Assembly (NCBI RefSeq): GCF_037042905.1
Contig: NC_087245.1
Location: forward strand, 3,412,001 to 3,476,000
Source: Lytechinus pictus
Lineage: Eukaryota
Direction: 5' to 3'
Length of the DNA: 64,000 nt
Shown: piece by piece, positions 54,667 to 64,000 of the stretch
How positions within the stretch are numbered: the stretch's first letter is position 1
How the letters are laid out: each line of letters starts with the position of its first letter
Notes under the pieces: generated by a model
The model's database searches: none
What the model saw: the letters and a program-made list of their open reading frames with translations, nothing else
Told to the model about the DNA's origin: nothing
Program-made: the position numbers and the translations under genes

Positions 54667-54680
54667 GTCGCTATGGCAAC
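54667..54680. promoter_or_regulatory. Candidate intronic RFX X-box
   Basis: GTCGCTATGGCAAC. Confidence 0.35.
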
Positions 54681-56640
54681 CAGAAATGCTACTACATTTT
54701 AACCAGCGAAACACCTGTATCTGGTAATACATCATCAAAGCTTCTGTCAGCTATTCAGGAAATGTGCATCTTTTGACAAATGAACTGATCGGAAAACCTC
54801 ACACGCTGTTGCAATCTTTACACGTTTTTAATATGATATCACACGTTAGCCAAACAAGAGACGGTATCACAGAGGATTATAACGGTGGTATTCAAATTTA
54901 ACATTGGTGTTAGGTAAGATGTCGTATTATAAATGTGACGAAATTCCATCATCTCCGGTAGATATTAACTCACTTCATCTTTTGAATCATCTAATTTACC
55001 ACCTTATTTTCATGAAACAAACGATTAAAATTCCATGTTCAGAAGACTATTTGATAGCACAGTTTACGAGGGAGAAAGTTTTAAATGTTTATTCCTTGCG
55101 CGTGACTTTCGAACAGCTGAATTTAGAATGGTTTCCGAAGAACACCAAGGCATTCTAAGATACATATATTCGTTTGAAGAAACTTGGTAGTGTACTTCAA
55201 TTTTTTTAAATACTGAATTATACTAAATAAGTATACATATATTATGGCTACCGTACAAAATGTTTTTTTTACGTCTTTAAGTAAGATTTTAAATGTCTAG
55301 GTAAACGGAGATAAAACCATGTGATAATTTCAAATAGTTTGAATTTAATGGATATTGATAAACGACCTTACACCATGACGAAGAAAATACTTTTAGAATA
55401 TGAGATGTGCAATGCTGAACGTAGATTTCTCTTGTCCAATATCAAATAACCCCCAATGATATTTGCAATAAAGGAATTTATTTACGATATCATTTAAATG
55501 AAACCTTATCCAGAGTCGAGAAAAAAAATGGCATGCGCTATTATAATAATAACGAACCATGATGATATTTTTAATGAGATCATTTGATTTGCATTTATAT
55601 ATTTTGAATAACCAGATTCAAATTATATATCACAATCCTTCTTTAATCTCTTTTTTTAATATTATGTATAATCATGCAGGATATCAGGTAGTCACTATTA
55701 CCCATGACGTTAAATATACTTCTAAAATCATTTTCAATAATACTTACCTGTGAAGCGTCCGTTTCGACCCAAACTCAAATCCGGGTCAGAAAATAATCTG
55801 AAAAAATGAAATATATGACAGAAACAACTCATTACCCGGAGCGGAGTATAGTGATACAGACACTTGTCACCCGAAGGTCTGACAATCCGTAGTGAATGAA
55901 GTAATGATAAGATTATACATATCGTCATACTGAAAAATACTTAATGCCGAAGAATATAGTTAATGGTGTGATTATTGGCACACAGATAAAGGTATCTGGT
56001 AATCATACTCCATCAAATTTGAAATCTTTTGATAAATAATATTATCAAAATTATATTGGAGAATTACATCGGATAGATCTGACTATTTTGGGTAGAATTA
56101 GAATGACAAAGGACGTCACTAACGAAAATTCTCATTTTCAAATTTTTCATTTGGAGAAATCTGAAGAAACGAAATGAAGGAGAGAAGTATAACCAATAAG
56201 AAATGCACAGAAGGCTAAATTTACATGATATTGAGAAAATTCAGTTGAATCTGCACGCCACTAATGTAGCTTGGTTCGATATGATGAGTGAATAGACCCC
56301 CTTGGTAGACTAGAGAACGAGCCTATAAACAGCTCGACGATCGATAATGAAGAAGACGATCGATATCTTGCACCAGGAGCAAAGTTTCTCTTTCTCGTAC
56401 CATCGTGTCTATATAAGAGGGGTGAGCTAGGATAGGGTTGTTTGATTTTTGTAGCTCGTTCATCATTCCATAAGTCAATGTCTGGCTCAACATGTGTTTA
56501 AAACAGTATAAATTGTTTACTGTTTCGTTGTGTAACCGTTACAGACTTGTATTTTTCTCTGATAAGAAATTTCAAATGATTTATTTAAAGCTTTGTGGGG
56601 GTGTATAAAACTCAAACGGTCATTTTAGGAGAAGGTATAT

Positions 56641-56750
56641 ATTTTGTGAAAGAAATGGTTTTCTTGAAAGAAATGGATGAAGAGAACCATTTCTTTCACA
56701 AAATGTTTAAATAAAAGAGTTGCCAAAGCTGTTGTACATGTATAATTTAT
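56641..56750. repeat. Rearranged inverted fragment of the 21-1828 repeat forming a 64-nt hairpin
   Basis: About 56687-56745 is the reverse complement of about 1612-1667. Arms at 56641-56665 and 56680-56704. Confidence 0.8.
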
Positions 56751-56754
56751 TACA

Positions 56755-56798
<44 letters not shown>

Positions 56799-56915
56799 AT
56801 CCACACATGAAAAGTGCAAAACACCATGTTAAGAGGGCTCTACTATATAGGAGCAATAAACAAACAAGTAAAAATACTTGTTTATACATATATAATGAAT
56901 ATGTACATAAATATA

Positions 56916-56947
<32 letters not shown>

Positions 56948-57710
56948 CATACACTCACCCATATATGCATGTATTATAATAGAAAGAAATTGTGTTTTTT
57001 TTTACATAATAACCTCTATGCAAATATTCTGTTTAGTATTTGATAATTAAATATTCACCGTATTATTCTTAAGACAACATTATGAATACACAAAAGAAAG
57101 AAAACACAAATTTCTGAAAGGAAATGTGTTTACAGAGCGTTGACGTAATCACTGTTTCATTATACATTTTGATTCAACATGTTTAATGCCAGAGTTTAAT
57201 GAAAGGCTGAAAGACATGATTGCAAGAGGTAATTCATTGGGTCATGGACCGAGCTTATAACCTTGCCGTCTCGTTTTAAAGTAATTGCCTCCAGTCGCAG
57301 ACAAAATTAATAATTGGGATCTCAGACGGTTCAATCAGGAAAACTATGAGCTTAGAATAAAAAATCGCAATTAATAGACTGCAAGTGATAATATTCATTT
57401 TGATAATACGATATGGAGGTGCGCCCTCTCCATTGCACAGTGGTATTCTGTAGGGTAATTAAAAATTATGTGGCTCATACACTGCTCGTATATTTTCCCC
57501 TATTTTCTTTTCATTATTTCTTGAATAGGATATCAAACGACAGTGCTTAAAAATGTTTTAAGCACCAAGGTTAAAGACTCTGCATGGTCTAAAAGTCATC
57601 TTGTTTTTCTCAGTCATTTATATCATTTAAATAACACGAATCTAAGCAAAAATCGGTTTGATTGACACAATTTTAATATCTGGATACCTATTCTCTCTCT
57701 CGCTCCCACA

Positions 57711-58684
57711 CAGGGCCGGCGATCATGGGGGTGGGGGCACAGTACCCCCCCCCCTCCACACACACACACACACATTTTGAAGCACTGAAAAAGTGTCCTT
57801 TTTACACAAGAAAAATACCACCGTGTACTGTGTCCCTTTCACCTAAGGAGGGCCCGTTTTAGGTATTGCCTAGTGCCCTTTCTCTTATCAGTGTCATTTT
57901 TAACATAAAATACCCCCTATCGAAGGTGCTCTGTGCTCCTTTCACCTGAGAAAGAACTTTTTTGTGTTAACAGGTGCCCCTTTGCCTTTACTAAGGTGCC
58001 TGGTCTTTATATCAGATAAGTTTTCCTTCAAAACCGCTCTTTCCGTGCCCGATGAGCGTCCGTTTTCTTTATTTAGCGTTCTGCTTCATTCTGCAAGTGC
58101 ATCCTTTAATTTCATAATCCCTTTTAAATTATGGTTTGCCCCTTTGTCTACTTTTTTTCTTTTGATAATGAAATTCATCCTTTTGACCTCTAATTAAATG
58201 CCCTATTTTCAAATGCCTTACTTTCTTCTGATTAATGCCCCTTCTCTTTCCCATTTTGTTCAAAATGTTCAGTCTGTTAATATTCTGATGGCGTCCCTTT
58301 TCTTTTGAAACAACTGATCCTGTCATATGATTCTGGATTCAGAGATACAACAACCTTCTAATCATGCATGTACACGAACTGAGTGTTGATGCCCTGGACT
58401 TCACTGTGGACAGGAACAGCCAGCAATTTCAATGCTTTGACAAATTCCTACAAAGAAACACCACCATTGATAAGAAACAAGAAAACAATATCATTTTATA
58501 TGTTACTACTTATGAAGGAAAAAAAACTAGAATGATAATGTTGCATGCGTTTTATGAGTCATTCAAGTTTGGTATATGTGACATTTTTTCTTTGTTTTAA
58601 GAGAATGCCCTTTTCGAAAGAAAAGGTGCCATTTTCCCCCGTGCCCCCCCCCCCCCCACTTTCAAATTCGCTCCGCCACCCCTG
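57711..58684. mobile_element. hAT-like non-autonomous element (974 bp)
   Basis: Termini CAGGGCCGGCG and CGCCACCCCTG. Flanking 8-mers CTCCCACA and CTCTCACA match at 7 of 8 positions, consistent with an 8-bp TSD. Internal (g)tgcccttt subterminal repeats. Confidence 0.75.
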
Positions 58685-61020
58685 CTCTCACATAAACTCT
58701 TTATTAGTCTGTTGTTTCTCTTTCTGTCTCTCTCCGTCATTTCTTGCATCCCTCCTAGTTTTATCACATACACACATGACAAATAAACTTAAACCCAATC
58801 TTAATGTCCTTCCCATTCAACCATTTCTAAGGGTCTTTCATTTTAATTCCCTGTCGGTTCTCTCCCTTTCGCTGTCTTTCTTCTTTCATTCTTTGTCTTT
58901 TCCCTCATCATTTCTCACCCTCGCCCACTCGGAAGCACTGCGCTTGCCGAGCACTTATGTTTTAGCAATTCGGCACAAGTGGCTATCGATAGATATCCTC
59001 AATATTTATCACATCTTTCCCGATTGCACCTGGTGCTGCTGTACTTGTATATCTCCCCCAACTACCCCATATTCTACCATTCACCCTTTATTCCCTTTTC
59101 TTTCCTCAAATATGTCTACTCCCCTACCTACAAACTCACATGAACCTGGCCTTCATTATTCACACACCCTCTGTCCGCTAACCAAGACTCTCACTATACG
59201 TCCTTCCCGACACTTATGTCCCTTCCAAGTACCTTCAATATCTCCGTAAATAACTTGAAATTAATGTTCTGGTTGATCATGTCATGTATGTTTTAATCAA
59301 ATGTCCCCTCCCTAATCAAACACCCTTATCAATTATCGAACACACCCCGTACCCCTACTTTTCTCAACCGTTCAGCATTTAATTTTAATAAAAAATCTGC
59401 ATAAGAAAATTCACACTTGTTATTATTCAAATGATATTTCTTGTTTCTGAATAATATAGGGAATATGGGGTCAAAAGGGTTTGCTGGAAGTAGAAGCCAA
59501 GTAGAAGACGCTTCATTCAATTCATTCATCTGACTATACATTTATATAATGTTCCCTCTCCAATAAATGTCCGTTGTGATTTTCACTATGGAAGCATTTG
59601 TTAAGATGCTTAGTTATATTCTTAAATGCCATCATTACACACATATTTCTCTTCAAGCTTGCAGCTTCTTAACAGGTTGTATAGTACACTCCAAAAGGAG
59701 TGAAACCTTCGGTAGATCATTTACAAAGTATATCTTCAGATATATCCTCATTTGTATGCAATATATTTTATCTTTATGAAGACAACATAAGAAACAAAGG
59801 ATATTGTATCGATATTAGGGAGACCTATTAAATACAAGTTCAGTCACTACTCTAAATATTACATCCATTGTAGATCCTTTCTTCTAAATTGTTAAAGATC
59901 TGATCAGGGATGACCACCTGCGTCTGTGGCATACGTGTCAGACTATGCATCTCTAACAAGGCTTGTTTCCATTGCCTTTATCTTACATTTGCTATCCATA
60001 TTAACCATCCATAGTAAAAATAAAAAAAAGAGACTGATCCAATGTCAAGCAGCATTTACAAAAGAAGTGCCACTTTGGACTTTTCAAAAATTGACTTCAT
60101 GTGCGAACTTATAGGCTAGTGTGCGCAGGGCGTTTTGCTCGAGATGTGTTCATTAATTTTGAAGCATTTCTATTTCTTATCCGTTTCATGTTTTCTGATG
60201 GCTAGGAGTTTATATGTTTATGTAGCTGATAGGTAATTAGTCATTTCAACTATGCTTGGCTTACTCTTAAACATTTCATTAGGAAATGAATTATGAAACT
60301 GACATCATACTCGCACAATAAAGGAAATGTCAATATGACCTTCTATTACTCAAGAGAGATAAGATATACTAACACCAAATAGACTAACCTTGCAAATGAT
60401 AGAGAGAAAACGTGTTCCAACCGGTAGGCCCGTATTGATGGAAAGTTCATGAACTATAATGAAATACTTACCGAATAGCCATAAAATATTTAATGTCTTG
60501 ATCACCCACGATCCTGGAACAACGTACATGAAGGGAAATATAAGAACAATGTGCCCTATAGATAGCTTTAATAATTTATTGAATTGGGATCATATACAGA
60601 CTGCACTGGAGACTAACTGCTCGTCATTACAATGAACTTTGTCTATCATGTCTCTGTAGCATTTATACAGATGTGATCGGATAACGATATTCATTCTTTG
60701 AAATGTATCTGTTTCTTTATTTCTAATATCAGAAATAGTTTTCTTTCTCATAAAACCAAAGAGAATCTATTTATAGTTCATATTATCAGACTTCATATTT
60801 AATTCTAACGTACTTTTGAAATGAATTTTTCATAGCAGATCTGGAACTCATTTTATTCATATTTATATTGTGTTTTTCGGTAAAGAGTATCATTTACATT
60901 TAAAGTATTGAAATGAACTGAGAATTTAAAAACCTTAGGTTCAGTGATTTGTCCTGTCCAGTAGCTTAGACATTGATCTAACCAGCGTTTATTGTGTTTA
61001 CTTTCTTTTCTGAATTACAG

Positions 61021-61137
61021 ACGATTGATGATTGGTCATTCGACATATTTTCCTTGGATACAGAGAGTGACGGCCACGCCCTCAAATGCCTAGCAACGGA
61101 GGTCTTATCACGCTACGATCTCCAAACAAAATTCAAG
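61021..61137 (+). CDS. PDE1: PDE1 exon (117 nt), start of the catalytic-domain region
   Basis: ttacAG acceptor and GTCGGT donor, phase 0-0. It encodes TIDDWSFDIFSLDTESDGHALKCLATEVLSRYDLQTKFK, matching PDE1 VDxWSFDVFxL...HALK...ELLTRYDLI..FK. Confidence 0.95.
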
Positions 61138-61394
61138 GTCGGTAAAACATTTAATTTACTTATTGGTGATATATGAAAGGAACGTGGGCAATAGTTACTA
61201 CGTGTTTGTAGATTTTTTTAAGACTTCATTATATTCCATTCCAAACGAAAATGTTGCAATCACAATGAGCGCTGATATTGTTTTATCTAAATAATGATAA
61301 TGATAATAATGCAAATTATATAGCAACTTTGCAATTTGGACTTCACAAACTCGATACCGAACTAGTTCAGGTGGCCCCAGTAACAGTGAAGCCA

Positions 61395-62168
61395 ATCCCA
61401 CGCGCTCAACTCGCACAATGATCTTGACCTGACACACTCAACAACAATAATTTTCCAAACCCCCACAAACATATCCTAGCACCTAATCTCACACACTCAA
61501 CTAACACAATGATCCCAACCCAACGCACTCACGCAGCACATTGATCCCAATTCCACACTCTCACCTACCACAATTAACCTAAACCCAACACACCTACAGC
61601 TTAATGTTTTCGAAGCCCACACATTCAACTACCACTATGATCCCGACCCCACTCACACAACTAGAACAACTATCCTGACCCCACCCACTCACTTAGCACA
61701 ACGATCCCGACCCCACCAACTCACCTCGCACAGTGATTCCAACCCCACGCATTCACCTAGCACAACGATTCCGACCCCACCCACTCACCTAGCTCGACGA
61801 TCCGGACCCCACACACTCACCTCGCACAGTGATTCCAATCCCACACATTCACCTAGCATAGCAATCCCTATCCCACACACGCCCACCGACCATAATTATC
61901 CCGAGCCCCATACACTCTCCAAGAACAACGATCCGGACCCCACCCACTCACCTATCACAACGATCCCGACCCCACCCACTCAACTACTACAATGATCTTG
62001 ACCCCAAAAAATCACCTACCACAATGATCCTGACCCCAAACACTCACCCATTACAACGATCTCGACCCCACACACACACACCTAGCACAACGATTCCAAC
62101 CCCGTAACTTACCTAGAATAATGATCCTAACAGCACACACTCTCCCTTAACACGATGGTCCCAACCCC
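61395..62168. repeat. Degenerate 32-bp minisatellite
   Basis: Unit approximately CCCACTCACCTAGCACAACGATCCCGACCCCA; tcacctag recurs at 61753 and 61785. Confidence 0.9.
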
Positions 62169-62787
62169 TTCATTTTATCGTTTTGGCAATACATTTGTTG
62201 AAAATGGATATTGTCATTTTCATACCTAGATTACATTTAGTTTTTTGTAAAGATGAAATACCTTAGATTTGCAACTTTTCCGCCACAAATGATCCTTAAA
62301 AATACGTCCAGGATTTTGGTTTCTGTTTTACGATCCCGTTGGAAGTTTCGTAACTCAATTTCCACCTTCTCCACCCCAAGCTCCTAACACATGATGATCC
62401 ATAACCCATCACATCAAGTTCGATGATCCTCGACCCAACTTGCTGTATTGGTTGGTTTCTTTATTGTTTATTCTTCATCTTCATGGGATCTGTGACAGTT
62501 TTTAGAATCCGGGTATTAGCTTCGATGAGTCTGCCATCGGCTTCCCATGTGTGCAAATATTGATAGAAAAATACTGCGCACGCCGTTTGTCTTGCTCCGT
62601 CTTAGCCAAAAAGTCTGCGGCGATGTGTAATTTTAAACAAAGTTCAGACGTGATGTCTACTTTCTATTGGAGAAAGCTTATAACGCTTCTCCTGGGCAAA
62701 GAATCGATTGAGAATTTAATCGAAATAAACATTAAAAAATTGACCAATTGAGAAGAATATTCGTCCAAGGTTTTGGCTTACTGATTC

Positions 62788-63054
62788 AAATTGATTCAAG
62801 CCACGCATGAAAATGAGCACAGATTAACGAAGAACCCTTTTGGAAGTTAGAAATAGAAATTTAAATGATACAATAACAATGATTTGAGCATTTCTTGCCG
62901 TAAATTTCAAGGCGTATTCGCTCAACCATGATATTGAAATTAACGGCAAGAAATGCTCAAATTATTGTTATTGTATCATTCAAATTTCTATTTCAAACTT
63001 CCAAAAAGTGTTTTCGTTAATGAGTGCTCATTCACGCGTGGCTGGAATCAATTT
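62788..63054. repeat. Long inverted repeat with arms of about 120 bp and a 23-nt loop
   Basis: 62788-62910 is complementary to 62934-63054, for example atttgagcatttcttgccgt with acggcaagaaatgctcaaat. Confidence 0.92.
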
Positions 63055-63259
63055 TTCTTCGATCTATTGTACATAAAAAAGGCACTGCCCTTTGTGATAG
63101 CCAAAACATTTTTGTTAATAATGTGGGTGGATTTATCAATTGCAAATAGTGGAAGGTTCAACACAAGAAATATCCCCCAAATTGTGTTTGTTCATCGATG
63201 TGTGCAAGACATAATATGACTTTACGTGCGACTGAGTTTGACACTTTATTGTAAATATA

Positions 63260-63373
63260 GGGTATCATTTTAAAGAACATTAAATGATCTATTGGTATCA
63301 ATTACATGTTAATATTCACTAAAACTAAGGAGTGATTATCGATCAAAGTCAGGTTTCCAAACTTTTTTTGAGG

Positions 63374-63379
<6 letters not shown>
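63260..63379 (-). mobile_element. Terminus of the 22373-type MITE family, inverted
   Basis: Reverse complement of about 22373-22496. Confidence 0.65.
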
Positions 63380-63405
<26 letters not shown>

Positions 63406-63408
<3 letters not shown>

Positions 63409-64000
63409 TGCGTCCCACAAAAAACGAAACCGAGATTTATCGATGATTTATCATAACTTAATCACAAATACAATAGACAAATGACCTACCATTGTAAAGC
63501 TTAGAATCTCCTCTTTCATCTAAAATTACTTAGATTATTTCTCATTCACGCATGAGTGAGCAAAAACAATTTGAAGAGGGGATACCAAAAAGTCATTTGG
63601 CGGGCTGTATCTGGGTTTCAAATAGAAAACCCCATTTTTGAAAAGTTCAATATCTGCTCTTTAATTTGATACCTCAATTACAGAAAATGGTCAAGAAATA
63701 ATAAAGTTCTGGTTATTTGAAATAAGGCTTGAATTTCAATAATTTCATAAAATTAAGAGGTTCTACAGGCTAGCGTTCAAACTCACTTGACGATCAGCCA
63801 TGCATTAAGTATTTTGTTAACCATGCGATAGCTTCTGTGGGAAACCGGTGAAAACACGTTTATTTAATGAAATTATGGAAATACAAGCATTGTTTCGAGG
63901 GACCATAACTTTTTTACTTCTTGACCATTTTTTGTGATTAAGATATCAAAAAAAGAGCAGATATTGAACTTTTTAGGCATGTGATTTTCTTTTTTTAATT
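63406..64000. mobile_element. Second copy of the CAGTGCGTCCCA Tc1/mariner MITE, truncated by the window end
   Basis: (TA)n|CAGTGCGTCCCACAAAAAACGAAACCGAG, nearly identical to 2609-3200. Confidence 0.9.

Noticed and set aside
58545..59249. 234-aa ORF
   Set aside because: It spans the end of the hAT-like element and pyrimidine-rich low-complexity DNA, with no recognisable domain.
61395..62168. CRISPR-like periodicity in the 32-bp arrays and the 37-bp duplication at 25146
   Set aside because: Units are head-to-tail with no unique spacers, there are no cas genes, and the context is eukaryotic.

Overview
AT-rich, repeat-dense eukaryotic genomic DNA with spliceosomal GT-AG introns. The repeat content resembles a marine invertebrate such as an echinoderm, but this is inference only. 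The one supported protein-coding gene is the 5' half of a + strand Ca2+/calmodulin-dependent cyclic nucleotide phosphodiesterase (PDE1). Its exons at 34330-34398, 34978-35254, 45893-46075, 47052-47118 and 61021-61137 splice in frame. Candidate short first coding exons lie at 32160-32169 and 27607-27610, and the catalytic domain continues beyond the window. The rest is intron or intergenic DNA containing non-autonomous DNA transposons (Transib/RAG-like, Tc1/mariner, hAT, Kolobok-like), tRNA-derived SINEs, microsatellites and two 32-bp minisatellites. The most notable item is a 1222-bp element with RSS-like CACAGTG ends and a perfect 5-bp GC-rich target-site duplication. It sits in the anticodon arm of a tRNA-like cloverleaf with a UCA (opal-reading) anticodon. 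Most long ORFs in the supplied track are repeat artefacts.
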